From positions 183,924 through 247,923 of the IMG/VR virus record IMGVR_UViG_3300028886_000037: DNA of 64,000 bases. One strand, given 5' to 3'. Positions 8,863 to 18,682 of this stretch are shown one piece after another. The DNA comes from a virus. Taxonomy: Duplodnaviria > Caudoviricetes. Made by a program: the position numbers and the translations under genes. The notes beneath the pieces are model-generated. The model had not been told where the DNA came from. It saw nothing but the letters and a program-made list of their open reading frames with translations, and searched no databases. Numbering within the stretch: position 1 is the first letter of the stretch; each line of letters opens with the position of its first letter.

Positions 8863-9423
8863 TTAGAATCCGTGGCATTCGAAACATTCGAGCCATTCTT
8901 TGTTGTCTGGATCGTTTGCAGTTTCCTCGCTGATCTCGAGGTTGCCGAGCCATTCCCTCAGCATATCCTCTGTCGGAGGATTGACGAAGCCGAACTTGTC
9001 GAAGTCGTAGCAGCGGTCCACGTCTCCATCGAGATCGCCGTCAACGAAAGCCTTCAGTTTCTTGAAGAGAAGATCGAAGTTAGCGCAGTCCTTGAGCTTG
9101 ATGTTCATCTTCGGATCCGGTTCGTATTCATTAAGTGCGGGATCATTGTAGACGAACGGAAGTAGATCTTCGTTCGTTACGAAGTAACCCCATTCGAGAG
9201 TGTCGTAGAACCTATCACCGCTGCATTCATAGCAGCAGCCAGTGTAGTGTCCTTCCCAGTTGAAGATACGATCCACGAGAGGCTGATTCCGCTTTGCTTT
9301 GATCTTGTCCTGTTTCTGTTTCACGTAGCGTGGCTGGCACCATTCGCCGCATTCATCGTAGAGTACCTTTTCCTTCAAGAAGGCGATGAGATTTTCTTTA
9401 GTCAGTGCTTGTTCTGAGAACAT
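8863..9423 (-). CDS. hypothetical Cys-containing protein
   Basis: ORF, SD AGGA. Confidence 0.75.
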   Translation of the reverse strand: MFSEQALTKENLIAFLKEKVLYDECGEWCQPRYVKQKQDKIKAKRNQPLVDRIFNWEGHYTGCCYECSGDRFYDTLEWGYFVTNEDLLPFVYNDPALNEYEPDPKMNIKLKDCANFDLLFKKLKAFVDGDLDGDVDRCYDFDKFGFVNPPTEDMLREWLGNLEISEETANDPDNKEWLECFECHGF

Positions 9424-9435
9424 TTTGAGTTTCCT

Positions 9436-10731
9436 TTAGATAGAGTAGTTGGGGTTCTTGACTTTGAAGGACACGTTGTAGTCGTCCTTGAGACGGAGAA
9501 CGAAGCCCTCACGCTTGTGCTTGAGATTGCGACCGAAGATGGTGTTCTTGTCGGACTGCTGGAGCATGATGTCAGCGCCAGAGACCTTGACCCCCTTCTC
9601 GTTCACAGTGCTCTCGGGGAGCTTGTAGTTATCGTCGAGCAGCGGAACCATCGGAAGATTCCACTTCTCAGCGAATTCCTTAGACTCTTCGTAGTTGAGC
9701 TTCACCCAGCGAGACTTCTGCTTCTTTCCGCAGGTCGTGTCGATGTAGTACTCTTTGCGGTAGAAGTCGAAGAAGTAGATCTCTGTTCTCGGAAGCTGGT
9801 AGATGTTCTTCTGGATTCCCGGACCCACGTGTTCTCCACGGCAGAACCATTCACCAGGGATCTGTTCAATGATCTTGTCGTATCCGAGACGCTTGACAGT
9901 GTCCCAGAAGTTCTTTCCGCTGCCATTGCCGTTGAGTTCACGAGTGCGAGAGCAGACGCCCACGTGCTTGACGCGCTTCTTGAAGAAGAGCCACTTGACC
10001 TTGTCTTCATACTCGGTGAAGATGGTGATGTTCTGACCTTCGAGCTTCTCAGTCGCTACCCAGACCTTGTCCTTGTACTTCTCGTACATCTTAGTGTAGA
10101 TCTTCTGGACGTTCTCTTCGTCGGACTTGCCCGGATGAGTCGGATCCCAAGTCTCGGGATGCTTCTTGCGCTTGCGCCAATCGCGGAACCACTTGAAGCG
10201 CATGAGCTTCTTAGTGAGCCAGCCGTCTTTCTCGTACTGAGCAGCGAGACCAGCTTCCTCTTCGTCCTGAACGATCTCAGTGATGCTGAAGTGCTGAGTG
10301 TAGTCCTGTCCCTCTTTGACGTTAGTCAAGCCGAGATCAGACGGCTTGAACAGAATTCCCTGAGATACGACGCCGAACTTGCTCAGCTTCATAGACTTGA
10401 TCTTGAACTTCTTGTCGCGGAGGAATTCGAAGTACGGGTACTTGCTCTGATTCTGGATCTCTGCCAGTGCAGCAGCGCGTTCATCTTCGGTAGCTTCTGC
10501 GAGATCAGTTCCGTCCTTGATTGCCTGATACTTGGCTCTCAGTTCGTCGCTGAGACCATCGGGAAGCAAGCTGTCGACTTCGACATAGATGCCAAAGTCC
10601 CCAGGCTTGTATTCGCCCTTCTTTACGACTACAGTATAGTCCATCACGGATGCGAGCTCGATACGATCGGCTCCCGGAATTTCACGGATTTCGCCTACTC
10701 TTACGACGTAGGCAAGCGGTTTTCCATACAT
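9436..10731 (-). CDS. RNA ligase, Rnl2/DRB0094 family with N-terminal OB-like domain
   Basis: EIPGADRIELA...VVKKGEYKPGD..YVEVDSLLP; nucleotidyltransferase motifs TEKLEG, GEHVG, YFFD, EGFV, FKVKN. Confidence 0.9.
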   Translation of the reverse strand: MYGKPLAYVVRVGEIREIPGADRIELASVMDYTVVVKKGEYKPGDFGIYVEVDSLLPDGLSDELRAKYQAIKDGTDLAEATEDERAAALAEIQNQSKYPYFEFLRDKKFKIKSMKLSKFGVVSQGILFKPSDLGLTNVKEGQDYTQHFSITEIVQDEEEAGLAAQYEKDGWLTKKLMRFKWFRDWRKRKKHPETWDPTHPGKSDEENVQKIYTKMYEKYKDKVWVATEKLEGQNITIFTEYEDKVKWLFFKKRVKHVGVCSRTRELNGNGSGKNFWDTVKRLGYDKIIEQIPGEWFCRGEHVGPGIQKNIYQLPRTEIYFFDFYRKEYYIDTTCGKKQKSRWVKLNYEESKEFAEKWNLPMVPLLDDNYKLPESTVNEKGVKVSGADIMLQQSDKNTIFGRNLKHKREGFVLRLKDDYNVSFKVKNPNYSI

Positions 10732-10765
10732 TTAGTTATCTCCAGTTTAGTTGAGTGTGAAAGTT

Positions 10766-11032
10766 TTAGTCTTCGCCGTGTTCGTGATTCGATACCTTGT
10801 TAGCGATCCAGAACTTGACGGTAGCGAGACTGTCAGTGCAGCTTACGCCGCCAGGAACTTCCCAGCTCACCGAGTAGAAGTCACGATCACGGTAGATTCG
10901 AATGTCGCAGTCGTCGTAGAAGAGAATGTCTACCGAGTCTGGGTGCAGATCGGCGGTCTTGTGTTCTACGCCAAAGAAGTCAAGGTCTTTGTTGATAGCG
11001 TCAACGGCATTTGAAAGTTCCAGATATCTCAT
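10766..11032 (-). CDS. hypothetical protein
   Basis: ORF after promoter; start corrected. Confidence 0.65.
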   Translation of the reverse strand: MRYLELSNAVDAINKDLDFFGVEHKTADLHPDSVDILFYDDCDIRIYRDRDFYSVSWEVPGGVSCTDSLATVKFWIANKVSNHEHGED

Positions 11033-11054
11033 AAGGTAAATCTCCTGTATTGTC

Positions 11055-11083
11055 AATATAGGAATTTATCACGATTTTGTAAA
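11055..11083 (-). promoter_or_regulatory. early promoter TTTACA-17-TATATT
   Basis: Consensus match in intergenic gap. Confidence 0.8.
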
Positions 11084-11099
11084 TAGTGAAAATTGAAAT

Positions 11100-11390
11100 T
11101 TATTCAACTTTCGGAGAGATTACGATAGACCAGCCAGCGTTGTTGTACTGAAGCAAATCGCCATCCATGTCGTAGAACTGGAAAAAAGCGTGTTCCATGA
11201 TGATCTTCTTGGCTTTGTACTCGACGCAGTTCTCGCCAGTCTGGTCGCCAAGAGAGCAGACCTTCACTGGCCAATAAGGTTCAGCAGATCTTCGCTTTTT
11301 GCTGTACTTGTGTTCGTGATCATGTCCGCAGAGTTGGTCACATGAAGTTAGAAATAGGGCAAATGCCAATAGAGTTAAGATTCTCTTCAT
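11100..11390 (-). CDS. putative lipoprotein
   Basis: Signal peptide with lipobox LTSC. Confidence 0.7.
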   Translation of the reverse strand: MKRILTLLAFALFLTSCDQLCGHDHEHKYSKKRRSAEPYWPVKVCSLGDQTGENCVEYKAKKIIMEHAFFQFYDMDGDLLQYNNAGWSIVISPKVE

Positions 11391-11393
11391 TAG

Positions 11394-11813
11394 TTATTCC
11401 TCTTCAGTTTCGATGTCTGATCGTTTCCATTTGAGTTCGTTCTCGCCAGATTCTATGAATCCCTCTTTGATGTAGAAGAACTTAGCTTCAACGAGATAGC
11501 AGAGCGTGATCTCATCAGCGTCCCACTTGAGCTCTTCCATGAGCTTGTGTCCGAATCCTCGACCGTGCTCGCCGAGCGCTACTTCGAAGCAGAAGATCCT
11601 GCGTCTCGTCATAGCGTTGTCGTCATTGTACTTGTCTCGGTAGATCACGATAGCCGATGGCTTCGATCTAGTATCTCTGAACAGCTTACGGACACGCACT
11701 GTCTCGTCATAGCGGTTCTTGTGGATCATCTCGTAAGTGAGCGGAAAGTCTTCCTGATCGATCTCGTTAGCGAGATCCATGCTGAACTGGACGTCTTTCA
11801 ATTCTACTGACAT
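11394..11813 (-). CDS. GNAT-family acetyltransferase
   Basis: FEV...HGRGFGHKLM and A..FY.K.GF motifs. Confidence 0.7.
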   Translation of the reverse strand: MSVELKDVQFSMDLANEIDQEDFPLTYEMIHKNRYDETVRVRKLFRDTRSKPSAIVIYRDKYNDDNAMTRRRIFCFEVALGEHGRGFGHKLMEELKWDADEITLCYLVEAKFFYIKEGFIESGENELKWKRSDIETEEE

Positions 11814-11814
11814 G

Positions 11815-11979
11815 TTAGTCCCACGGCATGCTGTTGAGCTGATTGAAGACCGTACCCATGTCCTTGCCCTTAGCCCACTCTAGATGCTTAGGGTCGTTGC
11901 AGAACTTGCGTGCGCCTGGGTTGAATTGAAGGAGCATCTCGGGAACCTGAAGTTCGCCGTCTTTGCACTGAATTACCAT
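11815..11979 (-). CDS. small hypothetical protein (54 aa, MVIQCKDGELQVPE...)
   Basis: Manual translation; SD GAGG. Confidence 0.65.
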   Translation of the reverse strand: MVIQCKDGELQVPEMLLQFNPGARKFCNDPKHLEWAKGKDMGTVFNQLNSMPWD

Positions 11980-11981
11980 AC

Positions 11982-12581
11982 TTATTCCTCTTTCGGTTTG
12001 TCACTATTTATAGCTTTTCTTAGCTTCTCGTTAGCTTCGTCGACCATAGCGATCAGTTCGTCGCTGGAGTCAAGGAGTTCCTTCGCTTCGGCCTGCTGAC
12101 TCTTGATGCGCTGGATGCACTTCTCGATGTCGAGCTCTGCACCCAGCTTCTCGAGCATCTTAGCGATCCATTCGCCCGACTTCTGGTAGTCGATCTCGTC
12201 GAAAGACTTCATGTTCTCTTGAGCGTAGACAGAGTCCATTCCGCATTCACGTTCAGGGATGAACGCTGCCACTCGGTACACGTACCTGGTCTTGTCGTTC
12301 GGGTCAGAAGACCAGTAGTCATCATTCTTGTCGAAGTCTTCGATGAGCTTGATGCCCGACATAGATTCTCTCATGTAGTCGATGAGATCATCCGATACGA
12401 AGTTGTGTTCTCCGTGATAGTTGTCTAGATTTCGATAAAAGCCATCATCCGCTTTCTCCTTTTTGATCAACTTGGGGAACTTGTACCACAGGTTGAAGCG
12501 GTAGTCGCTGTTTCCGATCTTCTGATAGTTGCCACGGTCCGGCATATCATCCGGATCAGGAATCACGTCATATTTTTCCAT
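11982..12581 (-). CDS. hypothetical protein
   Basis: ORF. Confidence 0.75.
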   Translation of the reverse strand: MEKYDVIPDPDDMPDRGNYQKIGNSDYRFNLWYKFPKLIKKEKADDGFYRNLDNYHGEHNFVSDDLIDYMRESMSGIKLIEDFDKNDDYWSSDPNDKTRYVYRVAAFIPERECGMDSVYAQENMKSFDEIDYQKSGEWIAKMLEKLGAELDIEKCIQRIKSQQAEAKELLDSSDELIAMVDEANEKLRKAINSDKPKEE

Positions 12582-12793
12582 TATCCTTCTCTCTTCACGA
12601 CATCGTCGTAGGTTGTAGGTTGATTGAGTCTCTTGTTCATTGGATCAAGTTCTAGGGTCTTCTCTAGAAGCGCATAAGCGCACTTATAGCAGACGTTCGA
12701 GAACTTCCTGTGTAGATACTTGTCCAGACAGTTTTCGAACGTTATACAGGTCCCTGGGACGCTAAACGGCTGTTGACAGATGGAGCACTTCAT
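12581..12793 (-). CDS. small zinc-finger-like protein (CxxC...CxxC)
   Basis: MKCSIC...VCYKC; start corrected. Confidence 0.6.
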   Translation of the reverse strand: MKCSICQQPFSVPGTCITFENCLDKYLHRKFSNVCYKCAYALLEKTLELDPMNKRLNQPTTYDDVVKREG

Positions 12794-12794
12794 G

Positions 12795-13019
12795 TTATGC
12801 CTCTTTGATGACGTGGTACTGGTCGTTGGGCAGAATTCCAAGACCTCCCCAAGTGCCGTGAATGTCTCCCATGTCACCGACATAAGTGACGACGCCAGAC
12901 TTTCCGATCAGACGTTTTTCAGATTCAGGAATAGTCCCGTCGCGATCAGTAGCGAAGCCGTCTATCATGATAGTGTCGCCCTCTTTAGCGCGAGCGTCTT
13001 TCTTGGTAGTGTAGTTCAT
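12795..13019 (-). CDS. DUF4314-like small protein
   Basis: GVVTYVGDMGDIHGTWGGLGILP motif. Confidence 0.6.
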   Translation of the reverse strand: MNYTTKKDARAKEGDTIMIDGFATDRDGTIPESEKRLIGKSGVVTYVGDMGDIHGTWGGLGILPNDQYHVIKEA

Positions 13020-13375
13020 TAGTTTTCCTCCTCGGCGTCGCCTTCATCTTCGTCTTCGAGAGAATCGGGATCGAAGATAGCCTTGAGCAGCTTTCTCGCT
13101 GCATCCTCTTCAATCTTGTTCGCGTAGACTTCGATAGTCTCTTCAGCGATACGGACCGAGGAAGCCCTGAGAACGACTGGGTTGATAGAAGCGGGCATAT
13201 CTTCGTCGAGCCACTTGGCGTAAGCCATGTCTTCTGCGAGGTCCGCGATCTTAGCCACGAGAGCTTCATAAGTGTCGTTTACGTCGCCGACCAGACTTTC
13301 GCGTTTCTTTCTCATGACCACGAACTTGCGGATTTCGGTTTCAACGGTTTCAGGCACTTCTATGTATCTCAGCAT
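13019..13375 (-). CDS. hypothetical protein, acidic tail
   Basis: ORF after promoter, SD AAGGAG. Confidence 0.8.
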   Translation of the reverse strand: MLRYIEVPETVETEIRKFVVMRKKRESLVGDVNDTYEALVAKIADLAEDMAYAKWLDEDMPASINPVVLRASSVRIAEETIEVYANKIEEDAARKLLKAIFDPDSLEDEDEGDAEEEN

Positions 13376-13421
13376 AGCTTTTTCTCCTTGAAGGAAAGAG
13401 GTTTAACGGGTTGTACATTAT

Positions 13422-13450
13422 ATTATAGTAATTTTTGAGCATTTTGTAAA
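13422..13450 (-). promoter_or_regulatory. early promoter TTTACA-17-TATAAT
   Basis: Consensus match. Confidence 0.85.
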
Positions 13451-13470
13451 CTGTAAAAATGAAAAAGTGC

Positions 13471-13499
13471 AAAAAAAGACAGCCCACTCGGACTGTCTT
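13471..13499 (-). terminator. intrinsic terminator
   Basis: AAGACAGTCC-GAGT-GGGCTGTCTT + U-tract. Confidence 0.8.
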
Positions 13500-13542
13500 G
13501 CTTATCGATGGATTGGGAAACTCTTACTTAAGAAGACAAGCT

Positions 13543-14838
13543 TTACTTAGCCTTCATTCCATTGATGACTTCGAAAGCCTTTGCGCTTGCGAGAGCGTCT
13601 ATGCCGCTTACGCCTTTGCTGCCACCTTCGATGTTGTATTCAGGTACGATCGGCACTTGAATGCGAGAGATAGCGTCCCACTTGTCCTTGTTCATCTGGA
13701 CTTCAGCAGCGAGACGTTCCTGCGGAGTAAGACCTGCCTGAACCTTCAAGCGGTTTGCTTCAGCTTCTGCTCGGCCCGCTTCACGAGTAGAGTCAGCCTG
13801 ATACTTCGCCTTGAGGGCGTTACGCTTTGCAACTTCAGATTCACGTTCGGCCAAGATGATTGCAGAGTCCTTAGACTGTTCCATCTTCACGATGACCCGT
13901 GCCTTCTCAGCTTCTGCGTCCCACTTAGCCTTTGCTGCGTTCGCCTTACCGTTTGCTTCGTTAGTGATAGCGAGCTGCTTAGCGGTCTCAGCTTCTGTGA
14001 TGTTAGCGACACGCTGAGTTTCACGCTTCTTGACGACGTCCAACTGATTCTGAGACACCTCGTCTAGCTTGACGCCACGGATCTGGAACTGGGTAACCTT
14101 GATCTCGAACTCCTTCAGAGCAGACTCGTTCATGACGATGCGACGGCCTGTAGAGTCGAGCTTCAGACTAGTGACCTTATATTCGGCATATTCTGGCTTC
14201 TTGATGACCTTGCCGCTGGAGTCTTTTTCCTCTTCAGATACGAGTTCCTTTTCAGTGCGAGTCTCTGTGAGATATTCGCCCTGCGTGATCTGATCGTAAG
14301 CTAGAGCCTGGAATTCGGCCAAGTTAGTGACCTTCGCAGCTTCTGCGGTGAACATCGGCGCAGTCTTAGCGATACCTGACATCACAGCGTTACGGACTAG
14401 GTTGTGCTTGATCTCGTCGTCGGTGTGATGCTTTTCACGAAGTCGTAGCAATACAGAACAGTCGGACGGGAGTTCATACATGAGGTAGCCAGAGATCCAT
14501 GCCTTGGAGTTACGAGACAGCGTCACTTCAATGTCGTCTTCATCCGTTTCGTCTCCTTCCCAGTTCTTGTCTCCGACCTTCTCTGTCGAAGAGTTGAAGT
14601 AGAAGGAACGAGCCTTGAGGAACGTCCAGGTCTTAGAGAAGCCCTTGAAGTAGTAGCCCTGATCCTCGACACAGCTCATATCGCCGAACGGGCTCTGTTT
14701 GATCACGATTTCCGTAGAGTCCTTGTAGCCCACGTTTTCCACGAGAAACCAGATGACGAGTAGAAGCGCTGGAAGAGCACAGACGACGAGGCACTTTTGC
14801 CAGAACTTGAGTTTTTCGAACGTGAATTTCTTTTCCAT
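13543..14838 (-). CDS. SPFH/band-7 (prohibitin-like) membrane protein
   Basis: N-terminal TM, SPFH domain, EA/AE-rich coiled coil, C-terminal VP...GG. Confidence 0.85.
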   Translation of the reverse strand: MEKKFTFEKLKFWQKCLVVCALPALLLVIWFLVENVGYKDSTEIVIKQSPFGDMSCVEDQGYYFKGFSKTWTFLKARSFYFNSSTEKVGDKNWEGDETDEDDIEVTLSRNSKAWISGYLMYELPSDCSVLLRLREKHHTDDEIKHNLVRNAVMSGIAKTAPMFTAEAAKVTNLAEFQALAYDQITQGEYLTETRTEKELVSEEEKDSSGKVIKKPEYAEYKVTSLKLDSTGRRIVMNESALKEFEIKVTQFQIRGVKLDEVSQNQLDVVKKRETQRVANITEAETAKQLAITNEANGKANAAKAKWDAEAEKARVIVKMEQSKDSAIILAERESEVAKRNALKAKYQADSTREAGRAEAEANRLKVQAGLTPQERLAAEVQMNKDKWDAISRIQVPIVPEYNIEGGSKGVSGIDALASAKAFEVINGMKAK

Positions 14839-14881
14839 TTAGTTTATCTCCTTTTGGATGATTGTTTAGTTGATGTTCGAT

Positions 14882-14909
14882 AATTTAGAAAATGTTTTGG
14901 AGTCGTAAA
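14882..14909 (-). promoter_or_regulatory. early promoter TTTACG-16-TAAATT
   Basis: Motif match upstream of SPFH gene. Confidence 0.6.
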
Positions 14910-14923
14910 CCATAAATCTCAAA

Positions 14924-15640
14924 TTATTTTCGAGAATCCGAGAAAGCGAGCTTTTCAGCGAGCTCTTTCTGGTCCTTCTTTGAGAGCTTCGGTTCGACAT
15001 CTGCTGCCTTGAGCTTCTTTGGACCTTTAGCAGTGAAAGCGTAGAAGTCATGTATAGACTTAGTCTCGCCATACGGAGACTTAGCAGAGATCACGTAGCA
15101 GATCTCGTTGCCATGTTCGTCGCAGAGATTGTCGAATTCGATCATGCGGACCTGATAGCGGTCAGGCGACGGGTAGTACGGGAACTTGATAAGCGGTCCG
15201 AAGAACTTCTCGGCGATAACGTCGCCCTTGTTAGAAGTGCAAGTGCAGAAGTGATCCTTCTCTGCGTAGCAAGTGCATACGAGATCGATGTCGTGATACT
15301 TGTAAGTTCCATCGGGCATCTTTTTGCGGAACAGAGAGAATCTGCGGAGACACTGGTCTTCGCCAGTGAGGGAGTCCTTGCTGGACCAGCAGTCTTCGTC
15401 TTCCTCGATCGCGGTGAGCGGAGCTTCTCTCAATAGACGGATGAGAATGTTCGCAGTGATCGACCAAGACATTCCCGAGTGATCGTCTTCGCACATGCAG
15501 TGATATGCCTTGAGCGCAGATTGGTAGCAAGCATTCGCATAGCCGACTCCGATACCTTTGTCATCGTCTTTATCGGCTGCCTTGCGTTCCTTGTCCATCG
15601 CGATAGCGACTTCGTTCTTCGCCCACTGTTCTGTTGTCAT
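14924..15640 (-). CDS. conserved phage hypothetical protein (DHSGMS motif)
   Basis: ORF; EDDHSGMSW..PLTAI..QC.R...LF pattern. Confidence 0.75.
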   Translation of the reverse strand: MTTEQWAKNEVAIAMDKERKAADKDDDKGIGVGYANACYQSALKAYHCMCEDDHSGMSWSITANILIRLLREAPLTAIEEDEDCWSSKDSLTGEDQCLRRFSLFRKKMPDGTYKYHDIDLVCTCYAEKDHFCTCTSNKGDVIAEKFFGPLIKFPYYPSPDRYQVRMIEFDNLCDEHGNEICYVISAKSPYGETKSIHDFYAFTAKGPKKLKAADVEPKLSKKDQKELAEKLAFSDSRK

Positions 15641-15842
15641 AGTTTACCTCTTTCCAGATTTGTTCGTGTTCTTTGTAAGTTATTTTGTCAAAAAGATATG
15701 ATCCGAGTGCTAGCAATAACAGCATGCCGATTGCTATACCAGCGATACCCCACAGCTGTGGCGGATATATCAGCTCTTCGCCGTTGCCTCCTGCGTATTG
15801 AGCAGCGAGAATAGTTGCGCGATTAGCGAGTTCTGGGCTCAT
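15570..15842 (-). CDS. small membrane protein
   Basis: One TM. Confidence 0.55.
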   Translation of the reverse strand: MSPELANRATILAAQYAGGNGEELIYPPQLWGIAGIAIGMLLLLALGSYLFDKITYKEHEQIWKEVNYDNRTVGEERSRYRDGQGTQGSR

Positions 15843-16089
15843 CTTTGTTCCATCTCGGTACGCTCATCACGATGTGCTCTTCGTGATGAAGTGGATATTT
15901 CCCTTCGATCTTTCCGACAAAGGGAGGTTTAGTTCTCAACCAAAAGACGTTTCCGTCAACGGTAACCTTCTTTGGATTTGAGAAGTTGCTGATGTTGTAG
16001 ATAGCGCGTGTGAGCGCTTTGTTGAGCTCGGCCATCTGCTTTTCTGTGAAGTCAGCGCCGTCAAACTCGATCTCGATTCTCTTTTTCAT
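15823..16089 (-). CDS. hypothetical protein
   Basis: ORF. Confidence 0.65.
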   Translation of the reverse strand: MKKRIEIEFDGADFTEKQMAELNKALTRAIYNISNFSNPKKVTVDGNVFWLRTKPPFVGKIEGKYPLHHEEHIVMSVPRWNKDEPRTR

Positions 16090-16300
16090 CTGGTACCCTC
16101 ATTCCTAAGCTGATTGCTTTGTTGATGCACTTTCCTGCGGCCTTGCCGAACTTTACAGACTTCTTGAGTAGTTCTTTGTAGTCTTGGATCTCGCCGATAG
16201 CGAGCTTAGCGCAGGATAGTGCGTGAAACTTCTGGGACTCCGCAGAGCATCTAAGGCTTCTCGCTTCCCATAGCGCGAGCAGGAGTTCTTTCTCAGTCAT
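16061..16300 (-). CDS. hypothetical protein
   Basis: ORF. Confidence 0.65.
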   Translation of the reverse strand: MTEKELLLALWEARSLRCSAESQKFHALSCAKLAIGEIQDYKELLKKSVKFGKAAGKCINKAISLGMRVPDEKENRDRV

Positions 16301-16829
16301 CAGTCTTCTTTCTCCTTCTGACTGGCTTCTTTATTTCGGACTCTTCAACTTTCGCTTTCTGCTTAGACTTAGTCTTGTTTGGAAGTTCTGTCGGCTTGGG
16401 CGCATTTTCCTCGCGTAGCTTCTTGAGGATCTTGTCTGTCAGCTCGATGGTGTCAGACATATCGAGGATCTTGTGAATGCGTATATTGTATAGGTAGAAA
16501 TCGGTCTTAGGATCAACCTTCGGCTTCTCGTTCTCGCACTTGAAGCGGAACTCTGCCATGAGCTCGCAGTATCTCTTCTTAGCGTCGTCTGGATCGGTGA
16601 AGACTTCGGTAGTGTTCATCCACTGCCATCCAGTCGGCTCGTTTCCGTAGAACTCGTAGTGCTGGATTCTGTACTTGTCGAATCCGTCGAGAATGATTCG
16701 ATACGGGTTGTTCATTGCTGCGCAATGTTCTTCCTGTTCAGACTTGATTTTTGAGCCAGTCCAGATAGCGTAGATTGCTGCAGCTGCGATGAAAAATACT
16801 AGTACTGTTGCTGCGATTAGAAGCGGCAT
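16293..16829 (-). CDS. membrane-anchored hypothetical protein
   Basis: N-terminal TM, SD GAGG. Confidence 0.75.
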   Translation of the reverse strand: MPLLIAATVLVFFIAAAAIYAIWTGSKIKSEQEEHCAAMNNPYRIILDGFDKYRIQHYEFYGNEPTGWQWMNTTEVFTDPDDAKKRYCELMAEFRFKCENEKPKVDPKTDFYLYNIRIHKILDMSDTIELTDKILKKLREENAPKPTELPNKTKSKQKAKVEESEIKKPVRRRKKTDD

Positions 16830-16854
16830 TTAAGTTGTCCTCTTGTTTTAGTTC

Positions 16855-16891
16855 AATATAGAAACTCTGGCGCCGTTGTAAACCCAGAGTT
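16855..16891 (-). promoter_or_regulatory. early promoter TTTACA-16-TATATT nested in terminator hairpin
   Basis: Stem AACTCTGG/CCAGAGTT around the -35. Confidence 0.7.
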
Positions 16892-16894
16892 ATG

Positions 16895-17149
16895 TTAAAG
16901 AAAATTTACTTTATGAAATATGATGAGTGTCGTGCAGACAACAATTCCGAAGATCATGGCACCGATTGCCAAGTCATACCAGAATCCGCTGTCTTCATCT
17001 CTTCTCACATATTATTTATCGTCTGGTACGTGCACTAGATCAGTATTGACGTAGATAGTCGAATCAGGAAATTCTCTGATCAGCACTTCGATCAACCTGT
17101 CTTTCTCGTACTCGTGCTTGTAATCGGCTTCGACTTCGATCACGTTCAT
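16895..17149 (-). pseudogene. small membrane protein interrupted by in-frame TAA (17012-17014)
   Basis: MNVIEVEAD...VPDDK*YVRRDEDSGFWYDLAIGAMIFGIVVCTTLIIFHKVNFL; ends just before the hairpin. Confidence 0.5.
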
Positions 17150-17445
17150 TAGTACACTCCGTTGAACTTCTCGAGCATCTCTTCAACATCCATTCTGAAC
17201 TTCATCGAAGCGCCAGACGGAATAGCGTCGAGAACACGTGTCTTGAAGTCTTGAACGTCTGCGGACGGAAGATCTTCGGGATCGAGTTCAAGCAAGTCAT
17301 CGTCATCGTCTGAATCCTCGATGTCGCTGAGGTAGCCTCTAGCCCTGCGGACCGCATCTTCGATCTCTGTCTGATCGTCTGCGAGTTCTTCGATCTCATC
17401 GAGAATGTCATCAAGTCGCTCTACTGCGTAATTGTCAATGCTCAT
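17149..17445 (-). CDS. acidic hypothetical protein
   Basis: ORF; start MSIDNY with SD AAGGA. Confidence 0.7.
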   Translation of the reverse strand: MSIDNYAVERLDDILDEIEELADDQTEIEDAVRRARGYLSDIEDSDDDDDLLELDPEDLPSADVQDFKTRVLDAIPSGASMKFRMDVEEMLEKFNGVY

Positions 17446-18070
17446 TTTGTTGTTCCTTATCAAATTCTGTCCTGTAGTTCACTAGCCAGGTGTGATCTTT
17501 GTTGTACTTGTATCTCTTCATGATTGAGCCAGTTCCGATCCAGCGCTTATAGCCGAACGTGTCGCCATAGCGCTTCATAGATTCTAGATCTTCAGTCTCG
17601 TTTAGCGACTTCAAGCAGTCCTCACAGAGATTAGTGATCCAGCCAGAAGTCTGGTAGATGTATTGGCGGCCGTGTTCGTCGATCAACTCTTTTCCGCAGT
17701 GCTCACAGATGAACTCAGACATCCACTCGAGGATGAATTCCAAGTCGTCGGGCAGAGCGAACGAAGTAGAGATTCTGAGACTTCCGAACTTGCTCTTCGT
17801 ATCTAGGATCTTGAAGTTGTTCTTTTTCTCTTCGTCCCACGAGTTGTAAGCTTCGAACAGCTTGGGCATAAAGTAGACTTTCCAGAGTTTCTCCCACCCT
17901 GTACCGTCCCAGTCCTTGTACCAGTTGTTCCTGATGTCCTCTTTCTCTGTATTGAAGCAGAGTGTCGGATCATCTCTATAATCAGAAAAACGCTTCCTCA
18001 GGAAGGGGTACTTCTGAAGAAGCTCGTGCATAGCTGCATCGGCTATCGGGTATCTAACAAGTATCTTCAC
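17435..18070 (-). CDS. phage hypothetical protein with K.KFG.LR motif and zinc ribbon
   Basis: TKSKFGSLRI...ICEHCG...GWITNLCEDC. Confidence 0.7.
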   Translation of the reverse strand: MKILVRYPIADAAMHELLQKYPFLRKRFSDYRDDPTLCFNTEKEDIRNNWYKDWDGTGWEKLWKVYFMPKLFEAYNSWDEEKKNNFKILDTKSKFGSLRISTSFALPDDLEFILEWMSEFICEHCGKELIDEHGRQYIYQTSGWITNLCEDCLKSLNETEDLESMKRYGDTFGYKRWIGTGSIMKRYKYNKDHTWLVNYRTEFDKEQQNEH

Positions 18071-18088
18071 ATTCCAAATATAAGAATC

Positions 18089-18391
18089 TTAGAGCTCCTT
18101 GTACTTCGTCTTAGCTTGTTCTTCGTTTCCATCGAGGTAGAGTTCCAAGATGGAGATCGGAAGTTTGCCTTCATACTCGAAACTGTCTTCCTCGATCACG
18201 TAAGTAAGCTCATCCTCGCCAGACTGGTACATGTAGCTGTTCTTGAGATACGGATCGCCGATGTTCAGAGACTTGATGTAGATGATACCTTCGACGGCTC
18301 TTGACTTGTACATCTCGCACCGTTCATGCATCTCGTCATATTCGTGGAATGTCACTTTACGTCTCCGTAGTACTTCCTGATCAGGTCGCAC
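18089..18391 (-). CDS. hypothetical protein (start uncertain)
   Basis: ORF. Confidence 0.55.
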   Translation of the reverse strand: MRPDQEVLRRRKVTFHEYDEMHERCEMYKSRAVEGIIYIKSLNIGDPYLKNSYMYQSGEDELTYVIEEDSFEYEGKLPISILELYLDGNEEQAKTKYKEL

Positions 18392-18672
18392 AGCGAGCTG
18401 TTGAAAGCGAGAATAGAGCTCAGCGAGATGTCGGAAGTGTTTGAGTTAACGGCGAACTTGATGCCGTATTGAAGGTTGTTGATGAGATTCCACGCTGGAT
18501 CTTTGCGGTTGATCGAACCACGATCGCTAGTGTGGTGCTCTTTGAGCCATTCCTTCAAGGCGAGGCGAAGTTCGAAGGCGAAGTCTACAGCGTCATTCAC
18601 GTTCTCGATTGGCTTGACCAGTTCATCGATCTTCGCCTTGATGAGCTTTCGTTTATCTACATTTCCTTCCAT
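18352..18672 (-). CDS. hypothetical protein
   Basis: ORF, SD GGAG. Confidence 0.7.
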   Translation of the reverse strand: MEGNVDKRKLIKAKIDELVKPIENVNDAVDFAFELRLALKEWLKEHHTSDRGSINRKDPAWNLINNLQYGIKFAVNSNTSDISLSSILAFNSSLCDLIRKYYGDVK

Positions 18673-18682
18673 CTTTCACTCC

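Noticed and set aside
9517-10803. Long plus-strand ORFs (also 18476-19648, 13459-14067, and minus-strand 33309-34118)
   Set aside because: Antisense shadows of well-supported genes caused by codon bias; no motifs or RBS.
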